Notes under the pieces: generated by a model
What the model saw: the letters and a program-made list of their open reading frames with translations, nothing else
Databases searched by the model: none
What the model was told of the DNA's origin: nothing
Source of the DNA: the human T2T-CHM13v2.0 reference genome, Homo sapiens
Length of the DNA: 64,000 nucleotides
NCBI RefSeq assembly: GCF_009914755.1
Contig: NC_060931.1
Strand: one strand, 5' to 3'
Translations under genes and position numbers: made by a program
Part shown: one piece after another, positions 1 to 14,235 of the stretch
How the letters are laid out: the number at the start of each line of letters is the position of its first letter
Position numbering within the stretch: the first letter of the stretch is position 1

Positions 1-1113
1 TTGCTGGTGAGGAGATGTGTTCCTTTGGAGGAGGAGAGGTGCTCTGATTTTTAGAGTTTCCAGTTTTTCTGCTCTGTTTTTTCCCCATCTTTGTGGTTTT
101 ATCTACCTTTGGTCTTTGATGATGGTAACATAGAGATGGGGTTTTGGTGTGCATGTCCTTTCTGTTTGTTAGTTTTCCTTGTAACAGTCAGGATCCTCAG
201 CTGCAGGTCTGTTGGAGTTTGCTGGAGGTCCACTCCAGACCCTGTTTGCCTGGGTATCAGCTGCGGAGGCTGCAGAACAGCAAATACTGGTGAGCAGCAA
301 ATGTTGCTGCAGGATCATTCCTCCGGAAGTTTTGTCTCAGAGGAGTACCCGGCCGTGTGAGGTGTCAGTCTGCCCCTACTGGGGGGGTGCCTCCCAATTA
401 GGCTACTCGGGGGTCAGGCACCCAGTTGAGGAGGCACTCTGTCTGTTCTCAGATCTCCAGCTGCATGCTGGGAGAACCACTACTCTCTTCGAAGCTGTCA
501 GACAGGGACATTTAGGTCTGGAGAGGGTTCTGCTGCCTTTTGTCTGCCTATTCCCTGCCCCCAGAGGTGGAGTCTAAAGAGGCAGGCAGGCCTCCTTGTG
601 CTGTGGTGGGCTCCACCCAGTTCGAGATTCCTGGCCACTTTGTTTACCTACTCAAGCCTCGGCAATGGTGGGCGCCCCTCCCCCAGTCTTGCTGCCGCCT
701 TGCAGTTTGATCTCAGACTGCTGTGCTAGCAATGAGCAAGGCTCCGTGGGCACAGGATCCTCTGAGCCAGGCACGGGATATCTCCTGGTGTGCCATTTGC
801 TAAGACTGTTGGAAAAGCACAGTATTAGGGTGGGAGCGACCCAATTTTCCAGGTGCTGTCTGTCACCCCTTTCTTTGACTAGGAAAGGGAATTCCCTGGC
901 CCCCTATGCTTCCCAGGTGAGGTGATGCCTCGCCCTGCTTTGGCTCGTGCTGGGTGCGCTGCACCCACTGTCCTGCACCCACTTTCCGGCACTCCCCAGT
1001 GAGAAGAGCCCAGTAACTCAGTTAGAAATGCAGAAATCACCCATCTTCTGTGTCGCTCACTCTGGGAGCTCTAGACTGGAGCTGTTCCTATTTGGCCATC
1101 TTGGCTCCACCCC
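1..1113 (-). mobile_element. L1PA (about L1PA4-L1PA6) 5' UTR plus start of ORF1; element continues left of the window
   Basis: Minus strand begins GGGGTGGAGCCAAGATGGCCAAATAGGAACAGCTCC. ORF1 ATG at 88 gives MGKKQSRKTGNSKNQSTSPPPK. 5' UTR is ~1025 bp. Confidence 0.93.
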
Positions 1114-1392
1114 GACAAGTGTTCTTAAAGAGACACACAGAAGGGAAACAGAGAAGGCCACGTGAAGGCAAAGATTGGAGTCATGCAGTCACAAGCCAAG
1201 GAACATCTGGAGCCACCAGAAGATGGAAAAGGCAAGGAAGGGATCTTCCCTAGATGCTTCTTAGGAAGTGTGGCTCTGCTGACACCCTAATGAGAGACTT
1301 CCAGTTTCCAGAACTTCAAGAAAATAAATTTCTGTTGCTTTAAGCCACTTGGTTTGTGGTAATGCATTACAGCAGTCCTAGGAAACTAATAC
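1114..1392 (+). mobile_element. MLT1 (MaLR) LTR 3' half, interrupted by the L1PA
   Basis: AAGCCAAGGAA...GCTGACACC...AATAAATTTCTGTTGCTTTAAGCCA...GGAAACTAATACA terminus. Confidence 0.82.
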
Positions 1393-1889
1393 ACTTGATG
1401 ACTCTCTTTAGCCTGACCCCACGTTTGATGCCTACCACCGACACAAGAAGAAGCCCAGGCAGCAGCACCACTGCCAATCCTAAATGCCTCTGCAATTGTC
1501 ATGGCCTCCATTTCATGTGCACTCCCTGTCGTATTTAAACTAAGGGATCTCTTGCACCTCCATCCTCCCAACAACCATCGAGGTCAGAGCAAGCTACATA
1601 ATCATTAAAGAGATTCTCCATCTTCATGGACTATTCAGCCAATTAGTCTCCAACCTTCCATTCTGATGGATGCCCCCACTTTGCAAGACACCATTCAAAA
1701 CTATCTATGTAATTACCAGATGCCCTTCTGATACACCCTTCCAGACACCTTGGCTCTTTTACCTGCTCAGATTGCATAGAAATGGGCTACAGTGAATTAG
1801 TAAATTGCTATTTTCCTCTTACAGAATAGCCATTTCCCTGAAAGTTATCATTTCCTCCTCTACATTTTCTCAGGTGTCTGCTGCTCTTG

Positions 1890-1958
1890 ACACAGTGCAG
1901 AGCCAAGCACAATGCGTGGCACATAGAAGGCACTCAATAAATGCTTGCCAACTGAATA
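1890..1958 (+). mobile_element. L2 3' end fragment
   Basis: GCACAATGCGTGGCACATAGAAGGCACTCAATAAATGCTTG...GAAT. Confidence 0.6.
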
Positions 1959-2403
1959 ACTAGAGGCCAGGCAGCTTAGGAACACCCAGGAGGATAACCT
2001 AGAACCCACAAAAACGTCAGGGAGTGCTCTAAACACTTTCCCACTGGCACTGCTACCACTGGCCTCCTAATACATTTCACCACTCTCCTTAGCTTGACCC
2101 TATTTTTGATGCCTGCACCTAGTGATGGTGGAAGCCTATTCTGGGCTCCCCACAGTGGGCATATGGAGCTTGCTTCGGGCAAAGTCTTCCTGCCAAAGGG
2201 AGAGGAATTTACCAGGTGAACAAGCAAAACTTCAAGGACAACCTCTACCTTCTGGTTAGCATTCTGCCTCCTGTCTCTTTTCTGTTTTGACCTCCCTGGT
2301 TCCATGCATTGTGTTCAGACACCCAGAACTCCGTCTCTTAGTGTTTGGATCAAGTTCTCTACTTAATATTAGGCTCACAAGCTCTCATGCTGTGTTTTGG
2401 GAG

Positions 2404-3320
2404 TGTGACAGTAAGAAATATATACTTGGTGTTTGTCTTTGGTTTCCAACACAGAGCTTTAAAAAATAATAATAATTTTTAAGAGACAGGGTCTCACCAG
2501 TGGCATGATCATAGTTCACTGCAGCCTTAAACTCCTGGGCCCAGGTAATCCTCCTGCCTCAGTATCCTGAGTAGCTGGAATGACAGGTGCTTGCCACCAT
2601 GCTGACTCCTGACAGAATTCTAAAACCCTTGGAATTTCCTGAGTGACAAGGGTGATAGGAGCATCTTTTGTTATCATAGCAAGCACCTTTCAACCATATC
2701 TGAGTTTATGCTAACAATGTGACTCTTGGAGGATAAGGGCTGGTTGTCCTAGGAACCAATGAAGTGATTAGAGGGTTGGAATTTCCTCCCCGACCCCTCG
2801 ACCTCCTGGGAGGGGACAGGGGCTGGAGATTGAGGTAATCAACAATGGCCAATGATTTAATAAATCATGCCTATGTAATGAAAGCTTCATAAAATGCCTA
2901 AATGGTGGGGCTCAGAATGCTCCTGGATTGGTGAACACAGCCAGGGGCTGAGAGGGTGGTGCACCCAGAGAGAGCATGGAAGCTCCGTGTACCCCCATAC
3001 CTTAAACTATGCATCTTTTCTGTTTGGCTGTTTCTGAGTCATATCCTTTAAGATAAATTGGTAATAGTAGGTAAAGTGCTTTCCTGAGTTCTGTGAGCTG
3101 TTCTAGCAAATTATCAAACATGGAGAGGGAGTCTTGGGGGAATCCCCAATTTGTAACCAATCAGTCAGAAGTATGGGAGGCCTGAGACTTGGGACTGGTT
3201 TCTGAAGCGAGGGCAGTCTTGTGGGACTGAGTCCTTAACCTGTGGGATTCACGCTTACTCCAGGTAGATGGTTAAAACTGAACTGAATTCTTGGACATCC
3301 AGTTGGAGTCCGGAGAGTTC
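2404..3320 (+). mobile_element. MER21-family LTR with an Alu monomer inserted
   Basis: TGTGACAGTAAGAAATATAT start; AATGGCCAATGATTTAATAAATCATGCCTATGTAATGAA core; similar to the copy at 41050. Strand nominal. Confidence 0.75.
2462..2605 (-). mobile_element. Alu monomer (FLAM/AluJ-like) inside MER21
   Basis: GAGACAGGGTCTCAC...CACTGCAGCCTTAAACTCCTGGG...GTAGCTGG. Confidence 0.8.
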
Positions 3321-3374
3321 AGGGAGACAGGATCTGCGCTATGGTATCATACAGATCAAACATAAGAACCTCAG

Positions 3375-3540
3375 CTACATTACCTTGAAGCTGTATGACC
3401 TTGAGCAAGTCCTCTCAGATTCTCAGTTTCTTCACTTGCCAAGTGGAAAAAAGATAAGAACTATGCAGGCTTGTTTGGAGACTTAGGAATAATGCGAGGA
3501 TTAGCAAACTGGCAGGGTAGTTGGAACACAATAAAATTTC
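3375..3540 (+). mobile_element. MIR
   Basis: GCTGTATGACCTTGAGCAAGT...CTCAGTTTCTTCAC core. Confidence 0.65.
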
Positions 3541-3879
3541 AAAATATATCAGCTCTTGTTATCACTGGACTATATTCATGTTTGGCCTCCAAATTCATAG
3601 CATTTAATGCAGAAAGGAGTTCTTGCAGAACCCTGGGCAGCCTCGCTCACTCTTTCAGACCCGAAGAGGTGAACAGAATACTCCCAACTATTCCCAGATG
3701 TTTCTACAGTTCTCTCTTACTGAACTGGGGATGGAAATAACAAAAGCCATTAGAAAATACTAGTTTGAAAAAATTAACTTTCTTAGCACTTAATTTTATC
3801 TCTAGCAAATGTAACTTTCTAGTTTTACACAGTGTCAGCAGATGTAACTCAAAATGCCTTACAAGAATACATCAGTCAC

Positions 3880-3952
3880 AAAACATTGTGATGTACTAAA
3901 TATCACTGAATTGTACACTTTAAAATGGTGAATTTTACCTCAATTTAAAAAA
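3880..3952 (+). mobile_element. Old L1M 3' end fragment
   Basis: CACTGAATTGTACACTTTAAAATGGTGAATTTTA. Confidence 0.6.
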
Positions 3953-3968
3953 TTTGTTTAAATGTGGT

Positions 3969-4511
3969 TGATACAGGAGTTAAGAAGAAATTACTTAGGC
4001 AGATAGTGAGGCTATGGACATAAGGTAAGGTTTTTTCCTTTTAATGAAAAGCAGCCCCAAATTATTTTTCTTTCTAACAAAGAGCAGCCTGTAAAATCAA
4101 GCTGCAGATGATGCTGGCAGTTGTGCCAGTCGGAGCAGAAAAAATGGTGCTGCCAACGGGAAAGTGCATTTGCATAATAAGATTATGGTGGGGCAGCCAG
4201 CCTTCCCCCTTCCCTGGCTATGTAAATGTTATACCTGATCAAAACCAATCTGTGAGCCCTGTGTAAATTAGACACTGCCTCCTCAAGCCTGACTATAAAA
4301 TCCTGCACATCTGCCACAGGCCAGCCTTTTCCTCTCAGAAGTCCCCTCTCTCCCATTAAAGAGAGTGCTGTTTTCCTTTCTCTTTCTTTGTCTTTCTTTT
4401 GCCTATTAAACCTCCACTCCGAAACTCCTCATGTGTATCTGTGTCCTAAATTTTCTTGGCATGAGATGACGAACCCTGGGTATTTACCCCATGCAACGTA
4501 ACTGCCGCACA
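3969..4511 (+). mobile_element. ERV1 solo LTR (MER83/MER84/LTR43 group)
   Basis: TGATACAGGAGTTAAGAAGAAATTACTTAGGCAGATAGTGAGG start, TATAAAA box, ATTAAA poly(A) signal, ends ...GGGTATTTACCCC...CA. Confidence 0.78.
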
Positions 4512-4524
4512 GTGACTGATGTTG

Positions 4525-4670
4525 TCTCCAGGATCAGAATGTTGACCTGGAGTTCATTTTAAAAACAGGTTCTTGAGATTCTGATTCTCTAGGTCAAGGT
4601 AAAGCATAGTCATCCATGCCTTGTAAAATCTCCCTTAGAGATTCAGATGAGTCAGAGTTGAGAACCATTG
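4525..4670. mobile_element. MER5-type hAT-Charlie MITE (degenerate)
   Basis: GAGATTCTGATT...GATTCAGATG...GTTGAGAACCATTG. Confidence 0.55.
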
Positions 4671-4857
4671 ATTCACGATTTAAAATATCTCAAAATTGGG
4701 CAAAGGATATGAATAGAGTAGAAATTGCACTTAAAAAAAGAAAAAGACTGTTGTTATCTGGCTAAGATGGTTGGATTCTGGGGGCATTCTTTTCTCTATC
4801 ATTTCTATTATTTGAATTATGATAAAGTTTGGGTTTTCTTGTTGTTATTTTGGGGGA

Positions 4858-5093
4858 TTTTTGAGACAGGGTCTCACTCCTGTTTCCCAGGCTGGAGTAG
4901 CTGGGAATACAGTCACATACCACCAAGCTTGGCTTTTCTTTTTTTCTTTTAATTTTTAGTAGAGATGGGGTTTCGCCATGTTGCCCAGGCTGGGCTTATT
5001 AATCCAGGGCAGATTACTCATGGGCTTAAGAAATCCACCTGCCTTGGCCTCCCAAAGTGCTGGGATTATAGGCATGGGCCACCATGCCCAGTC
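4858..5093 (-). mobile_element. AluJ-like element with internal deletion
   Basis: GAGACAGGGTCTCACTC...CCCAAAGTGCTGGGATTATAGGCATG. Confidence 0.85.
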
Positions 5094-5334
5094 TACGATA
5101 ACGTTTGAGCAATGCATTTAACTATGTACTTTTCTGTGGGTTTTTATTCATTTTGTTTTTAGGAAGAAGTGTCTGTTTAGTGGTAGGGGCAAGCTTGGGA
5201 GCTATGAGGGGGGAAAACAAAACATGGTCCCTATAGCACCCTCTGGATTCTCCTTATCCAGGAGAGGATGAGAGGAGCTAGGGTAGCATAGCAAGATCTC
5301 ATCTCTACATTGAACCTCTTCCATTCGAAAGGGT

Positions 5335-6740
5335 CCCAACACCAAAAGCAATTTCAATAAAAGCAAGATTTGATACATGGGACCTAATTAAAGAGCTCTG
5401 CACAGCAAAAGAAACTATCAACAGAGTAAACAGACAATCTACAGAATGGGAGAAAATATTGGCAAACTAGGCATCCCACAAAGGTCTAATATCCAGAATG
5501 TATAATGAGCTCAAACAAATCAATGAGCAAAAAACAGCCCCATTAAGAAATAGGCAAATAACATGAACAGATAACTTTTCAAAAGAAGACCTTCATGTGG
5601 CCAATAAGCATATGAACAAATGCTCAACATCACTAATCATTAGGGAAATGCAAATCAAAACTACAATGAGATACCATCTCACACCAGTCACAATGGCTAT
5701 TACTGTTAGTATTATTATTATTATTATTTAGACAAAGTCTCACTCTGTCACCCAGGATGGAGTGCAGTGGTGCTATCTTGGCTCACTGCAACCTCCACCT
5801 CCCGGGTTCAAGTAGTTCTCATCCCTTAGCCTCCTAAATAGCTGGGACTACAGGTGTGCGCCACCACACCTGGCTAATTTTTGTATTTTTAGTAGAGACG
5901 GGGTTTTGCCATGTTGGCCAGGCTGGTCTCCAACTACTGACCTCAAGTGACCTGCCTACCTCAGCCTCCCAAGGTGCTGGGATAACAGACTTGTGCCCTG
6001 ATGCCCAGCCACAATGGCTATTAGTAAAAAGCCAAAAAACAACAGATGCTGATGCGGCTACACAGAAAACGGAACGCTTATACATTGTTGGTGGGAAGGT
6101 AAATTAGTTCAGCCACTGTGGAAAGCAGTTTGGTGATTTCTCAAAGAACTTATATCAGAATTGCCACCTGACCCAGCAATCTCATTATTGGGTATATAAC
6201 CAAAGGAATATAAATCATTCCACCATAAAGACATATGCACACCTCTGTTCATTGCAGCACTATTTGCAATAGCAAAGACATGGAATCCACCTAAATGTCC
6301 ATCAATGATAGACTGTATAAAGATAATGTGGTACATATTTACAGTGGAATACTATGCAGCCACAAAAATAATGAGCTATGTCCTTTGTAGCAACATGGAT
6401 CAACATGGATGCAGCTGGAGGCCATTATCCTAAGCAAACTAACAGACAGGAACAGAAAACCAAATACCCCACGTTCTCATTTATAAGTGGAAGTTAAATG
6501 TTGAGTACATATAGATACAAAGAGGGGAACTATAGACATCGGGGCCTACTTGAGGATGGAGGGTGAGAGGAAGTTGAGAATTGAAAAACTACCTATCAGG
6601 TACTATGCTCATTACCCGGGTGATGAAATAATTTGTACACCAACCACCCCTCCATTGCAACATGCAATTTACCTATTTAACAAACCTGCACATGTGCCCC
6701 TGAACCTAAAATAAAAGTTTAGAAAATAAAATAAAGTAGT
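5335..6740 (+). mobile_element. 5'-truncated L1PA15/16-like element (ORF2 end plus 3' UTR)
   Basis: ORF2 C-terminal motif ATGCAAATCAAAACTACAATGAGATACCATCTC; 3' UTR GAAAAACTACCTATCAGGTACTATGCTCATTACC; ends CTAAAATAAAAGTT plus A-rich tail. Confidence 0.88.
5703..6010 (-). mobile_element. AluS inserted in L1
   Basis: Full dimer, (TAT)n tail, TSD ACAATGGCTATTA at 5690-5702 and 6011-6023. Confidence 0.93.
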
Positions 6741-7129
6741 TGTGAAACTCTTTAAAAGAAAAAAAGGGTCCCCAAGCACAGCTCAGCATCCCTTTGTTTC
6801 CTGATGGGAGGTGGGCAGTGGGGATATGAACTTTCCGGGGTGACTGAGGCTCTTCAGTGAAGCAGGGTGCTATGAGATCTGGAGGAGAGAGGCTATATAG
6901 GAACAGCCAGGGTGCAGCAGACAACACTCCAATGCTCGGTTGTTTCCAGCTTTCCCTCTGACCTCCTCCCCTCACACCTCCTGCCACCCACCCCACCTCC
7001 CCCACAACCCATCTTCCCCGCCACCTCCAAGTCCACTTGTAACTGGCATATGAATGTAGACTGGGCAGTACCTCATTTCTGAAAGGGCTTGCTGCTTCCA
7101 GGAAGATTTCACCTAAGGCAAAATCTTAC

Positions 7130-7307
7130 TAGATTTGCAAGCAAAGAGCAAACAACCCCATTAAAAATTGGGCAAAGAACATGAACAGTCACTTCAAAAA
7201 CAGACATTGGTGCAGCCAACAAGCTTGTAAAAAAATGTTCAACATTACTAACCATTAGAGATACGAAAATCAAAACCACAATGAGATATCATCTCATACC
7301 AGTCAAA
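7130..7307 (+). mobile_element. L1 ORF2 3' fragment
   Basis: AACAACCCCATTAAAAATTGGGCAAAGAACATGAACAG...AAAACCACAATGAGATATCATCTCATACCAGTC. Confidence 0.8.
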
Positions 7308-8388
7308 AGAAAACATGCGGGGAGAAAGGGAATCAGGTGGCAGAAATAAAGGGAAGTATTAAAGCTACATCTATGAGCCAGAGAGAAAAAAAAAGACTGA
7401 ATTTTAATAAAAGAAAAAACGTTCTTACTAGGTTCTTCATTTCACAGGGTAGGAGAAAGAACCTCATCTCTGACTATTTGGAGTTTTCCCAGTTTGCTAT
7501 TATCCAAGAGAAGATGCTTTTGGATTTTTTTGTATTTCTTTTAGGGATGTAATCACTACTTGTTATTATCCTCCTCTACATTTCATTTCTCCCTCCTCCT
7601 TTTGATTGTAAACTCTGACTTTTCAGATCAACTCAAACACTCCCTGGCTGAGTTGTTACCACATAAATACCTGTTGAATTACTAAGTGATTAGTTGAAGT
7701 GGAAAATGTAAGAATCGTAGAGTGTTCTGCTTTTACTATAAAAGATTTGATGAAGCTTTTCTTGTGGTTCCTAGGAAAATACATTCTTTTTTTTTGAAGC
7801 TTCCACCTCTCTCACAGCTGATGTCCCAGCTTATAAGATTGGAAACTGAGTTGAGGTATGAGTCTCCAACTAGGCCGTGAGGTCCTACTGGCCCCTTCAA
7901 GCCATGTTAACAATGCCAGGTTAGGAGACTAGAATATTGAGGTCTAGTCCCAGATGCATATAGTAGTATATTACTATACTGTATATTAAGGCTTCACCTG
8001 AATGCCTCTTTTGGAAGTTAATAAGAGACCACAGGGAATTTTTAATTACTTTAATTGAGCTTTTTAGAATGTGGAATTTATTCCATTCCAGTTTCAAAAA
8101 GACTCTAGTGTCAGTATCCCAATCTTCCCCCACACCAATTACCTATTTCCACTCTGTAACTCATACATTACCAAAGTTTATTATGCAGAATTAACATGAC
8201 CTAGCCGCAAGGTCCACAGCCAGAAAACAGACATGTCGAAGAGTATTAGTTAAAATGAGAGCTTTTACATAACAATAATCAAATCGGTATGTAGTTATGA
8301 ATGAGTATCTTTTTTAATGTCAAAAAATTGAGCAGACTCATAAGACAATCGTTGTGCATTAAGTTACCCATTGAGAAAAAATAATTGA

Positions 8389-8690
<302 letters not shown>

Positions 8691-8857
8691 GAATAACTCA
8701 TTTTTAATTTAATGAATTTATTTAAAATTTAGTAAAGATTTTGAAACTTGTTTTCTTCAGCATAAGAAGTATCTACATATATCTTAAAATGTAATTATTC
8801 ACATATGTTCATGATGTGTCTGACAGGCAAGGAAGGCAAGGCCATTTATGTCTCTAT

Positions 8858-8896
8858 AAATCCTCTAAGAACACAAGAAATCCTCTAAGAACACAA
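8858..8896. repeat. 20-bp tandem duplication
   Basis: AAATCCTCTAAGAACACAA(G) x2. Confidence 0.9.
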
Positions 8897-8899
8897 ATG

Positions 8900-9960
8900 A
8901 CTCTGGAGGTGACAAGGCCCATTGGAGATTTTTAGGTGGAGTGGAATGATGACATTGATTTTTTGAAAAGCTAACCTTGACAGCTGTAGGGAGAACCAAC
9001 TGCAGTTGGGAACTCAGCAGCCCAGAGGTCAATTAGGAAGCAGAGGGGAATGCCGGCTGCGCTGGGATGCAGAGACGCCTCTGTGGTGACTTGGAGACCA
9101 ACGGAAATGACAATGAGGGAGAGAGAAAATCCAAAGTGTTCTTAAGGGGTGGATTAAAGGAGAAAGCATGATAAGAAATAAGAAATATCAGAGAAGGAGG
9201 TGTTGAAATAGGGACAATTGAAGGGTAGAAAAGGGGTTGAAAGGAGGGACAAGTAATATGAATTTAGTTTAATACCTACTAAGGCAGAAGTACCTGAGCT
9301 ACATCCAGTGGGTAGTTGGATGTCAGTCTAAAACCAAGGAGATCTGAGTTAGAGGTTTAGAAGATAATGAAATATAGTCGTTATAACAACAGCTTCAAAG
9401 TCAAATAGACAATGGGTTCAATCAAAGTTCTGCCACGGGATTAGACAAAATTTGGGGTCTTACTGAGCACACACTTCTTCATTTTAGAATGAAGATGGTA
9501 ATTCTCAGAAGAGTATTTGGTATGAATTGGGTGAGACAAGGCAGGTACAAAAGTTAGCAAAGTGCCTGGCACAAGTACTATACTAACTGCTCAGTAAATG
9601 TTAGATGCCGTTACTATTACATAAGTTATTGAGTCATGAATAGAGTAGGAATTGAAGCCAGGATGGAAGCTGATAACCCTGAAGTGTGTGAGACAGGAGA
9701 ATCAAAGACAGGGCCTTGGGGATGCCAACCCAGGAGGGGCAGGCAGAGCTGGAGCAGGCAAAACAGACTAAGAACACACAGAGACAGGGGAACGGAGAAT
9801 CAGGATTGGGTGATAACCTGGAAGCCAATGAAAGAAAGAGTTGCAGCAAGTAGGAGGATGGTTAGAATCGTATTTAGCAGATAAGCAGCAGAAAATTAAC
9901 TATTAGATCTATCAATAAGGATGTCTTTGTTGACCTGAACAGCAATTTGAAGAAAGATAG
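8900..9960 (-). mobile_element. Degenerate L2 fragments interrupted by a MIR (~9385-9620)
   Basis: Purine-rich antisense L2 motifs. MIR: GGGTTCAATC...TTCTGCCAC...AAGTGCCTGGCAC...CTCAGTAAATGTTAG. Confidence 0.55.
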
Positions 9961-10149
9961 GGTAGAGGCAGTGCACAGAGACAGCATTCAGCTTTCCTAT
10001 CAGTCTGAAAGTTTAATTATTAAAATAGCCATATAATTCTGAAAGAGTGAATATAATCTAGCTAAAAACCAGGCAGGGACTAATTACTAGTATTAACACA
10101 GCTGAAGCGGATCTCCTCAGGAACCTTCCCCTCAGTGTGTGATCATGCT

Positions 10150-10800
10150 AGTATTTCTCCCGTCTTAAAAAAGTAAAAACAAAAACAAACAACACAATAA
10201 CAAAAAAATCTCTTAACTTTACAACTCTGCAGCTCTACTTCTTTTTCCATTCTACTTCTGCTCCATTTCTCTCATTACCTTCACAGCAAAACTCTGCCAG
10301 TGGTTGGTCTAAATTCCCCATTTCCAATTTTTTTATATTCTCTCTTACACCTACTCCAAAATGGCTTCTCTCTGACATTCCACTAAAACTCTTGTCAGAG
10401 TCACCAAGGACTTCCACATTGCAAAATCCAATGGTCAATTCTCAGTCCTCATCTTCGTTGCCTGATTAGCAACATTTGATACAACTAATCACCCTTTTTC
10501 TTTAAATATTTGATTCATTTAGTTTCCAGAATGCACATTCTCTTCACCCTCCTCTTTTTTCATCAGCCACTCTCTGAGTCTCCTTTCCTTGTTCCCTTTT
10601 ATCGTCTTGACCTCTTAATATTGAAGAGCCCTAAGCTCAGTCCTTAGACTTCTCCAATATATATTTTAAATCTAGGCACTCCTCACTCAACAATCTAATC
10701 CAGTCTTGTGACAAAAATAAATTGTATGCTGGTAACTCCTAAATTTGTATTTTAAGCCTAGAACTTTCCAGAAACTCCAAACTACTACGTCCATGTTCAT
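10150..10800 (+). mobile_element. L2 (RT-region remnant)
   Basis: CCACTAAAACTCTTGTCAGAGTCACCAAGGACTTCCACATTGCAAAATCCAATGGTCAATTCTCAGTCCTCATC...GCAACATTTGATACA. Confidence 0.75.
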
Positions 10801-10882
10801 TTAAAGATTTTTATTTGAAACCCTTTTTTTCAAAAAACTGTCCATTTAAAAAATAAATATCAACAAAAGCAATGCATCATCT

Positions 10883-12320
<1,438 letters not shown>

Positions 12321-12324
12321 TTTA

Positions 12325-13620
12325 AATATTTATTTATTCTTCAACTTTTCTTTTAAGTTCAAGTCCTGCACATGTACAGGACGTACAGGTTTGTTACATA
12401 GGTAAACGTGTGCCATGTGGTTGGTTGTACAGATCATATCATTACTTAGGTATTAAGCCCAGCATCCGTAAACAATTCTTCCTGATGTTCTCCCTGCCCT
12501 TGCACCACCAACAGGTCCTACTGTGTGTTGTTCCCCGCAATGTGTTCATGTGTTCTCATCATTCAGCTCCCACTTATAAGTGAGAACATGCGGCCTTTGG
12601 TTTTCTGTTCGTGTGTTAGTTTGCTGTGGATAATGGCTCCCAGATCCATCCATGTCCCTGCAAAGGACATGATCTCATTCCTTTTTACGACTCCATAGTA
12701 TTCCATGGTGTATATGTACAACATTTTCTTTATCCAGTCTGTCACTGATGGACATTTAGATTGATTCCATGTCTGCTATTGTGAATGCTGCAATAAACAT
12801 ACACGTGCATGTATCTTTATAATAGAATGATTTATATTCCTTTGGTTATATACCCAGTAATGGGACTGCTGGGTCAAATGGTATCTCTGCCTCTAGTTCT
12901 TCGAGGAATCACCACACTGTTTTCCACAGTGGTTGAACTAATTTACGCTCCAACAGGGTAAAAGTGTTCCTTTTTCTCTGCAACTTTGCCAGGATCTTTT
13001 GTTTTTTGACTTTTTAATAAAAGCCATTCTGACTGCAGTGAGATGGTATCTCACTGTGGTTTCGATGTGCATTTCTTTAATGATCAGTGATGTTGAGCTT
13101 TTTTTCATACGTTCGTTGGCTGCATGCATGTCTTCTTTTGAGAAGTGTCTGTTCATGTCCTTTGTGTGCTTTTTAATGGAGTTGTTTGTTTTTCTCTCGT
13201 AAATTTAAGTTCCTTGTAGATTCTGATATCAGATCTTTGTCAGACAGATAGATTGAAAAAATTTTCTCCCATTCTGTAGGTTGTCTGTTCACTCTTGTGA
13301 TAGTTTCTTTTGCTGTGCAGAAGCTCTTTAGTTTAATTAGATCCCATTTGTCAATTTTTGCTTTTGTTGCAATTACTTTTGGTGTTTTCATCATAAAATC
13401 TTTGCCCATGCCTGTGTCCTGAATGGTATTCCCTAGATTTTCTCCTAGAGTTTTTAGTTTTTGGTTATACATTTAGGTCTTTAATTCATTTTGAGTTGAT
13501 TTTTGTATATGGTGTAAGGAAGGGGTCCAGCTTCAATCTTCTGCATATGACTAGCCACCTATGCAAACACCATTTATTGAATGAATAGGGAGTCTTTTCT
13601 CCATTGCTTGTTTTTGTCAG
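12325..13620 (-). mobile_element. Second 5'-truncated older L1PA (about L1PA13/14) 3' end, tandem to the previous one
   Basis: New 3' UTR start CAACTTTTCTTTTAAGTTC...GGTTTGTTACATAGGTAAACGTGTGCCATG; ORF2-like peptides at 12938-13472. Confidence 0.85.
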
Positions 13621-13749
13621 AAAAGCAAAACATCTTAACCTTAAAACTCAATCAGTTTTCATGTGTCTTCCTCAGACCAAAATTTAAGAAGATGTCCTAC
13701 TCCTGCTAGGTGCATGTAAAACTATTACTATTTTTGGTTTATAGTAGCA

Positions 13750-14235
13750 ATTATGGGTCTCAAATCAATCCTTTCAGAAAGTCCATGATGTCAAAGATAT
13801 TTTCATAATATGAGACATGACCTGAATTTTTCACTTTCATACACCCAAATGTACGGAGTACAAAAAGTTCATTGATACCATTTCTGTTTCCACATTATAG
13901 CAAACCTTTAGTAAACTAGTACTTAAACAATTTGATGTCATATCAAAAAATACTCACAATTGTCTAAAAAGACCATTAAAATACTACTCCTTTTTTCAGC
14001 TATACATCTGCATGAGGCCAAATTATCTTCATGTGTTTATCTAACACAGTATATCACAGCAGATTGGAAGTAAACAGATGTGAGAATCCAGCTATCTTCT
14101 AGGACAAACATAAAAGAGATTACAAAATTTGTAGACAATATCACTCATAACTAATTTTTATGTTTGGGAAACATAATTATTTCTTGTAAAAATTATTATT
14201 TATGTTAAAATGTAAAGGGTTTATTATTGTTCTAT
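13750..14235 (+). mobile_element. Charlie1-type hAT DNA transposon, left part
   Basis: GTCAAAGATATTTTCATAATA; AAAAAGTTCATTGATA; GATGTGAGAATCCAGCTATCTTCTA...AAAGAGATT. Confidence 0.7.

Noticed and set aside
91-1165. Plus-strand ORFs over the L1 5' UTR (also the minus-strand ORFs at 30968-32638)
   Set aside because: These are antisense translations of L1 5' UTR and ORF1, mostly with non-ATG starts. I could not support an intact ORF0.
6391-6410. Short tandem duplications (CAACATGGAT x2; also 25223-25262 and 54571-54599)
   Set aside because: Ordinary slippage events with no further structure.
6960-7030. C-rich tract, potential G-quadruplex on the minus strand
   Set aside because: Short low-complexity sequence with no promoter or CpG-island context.
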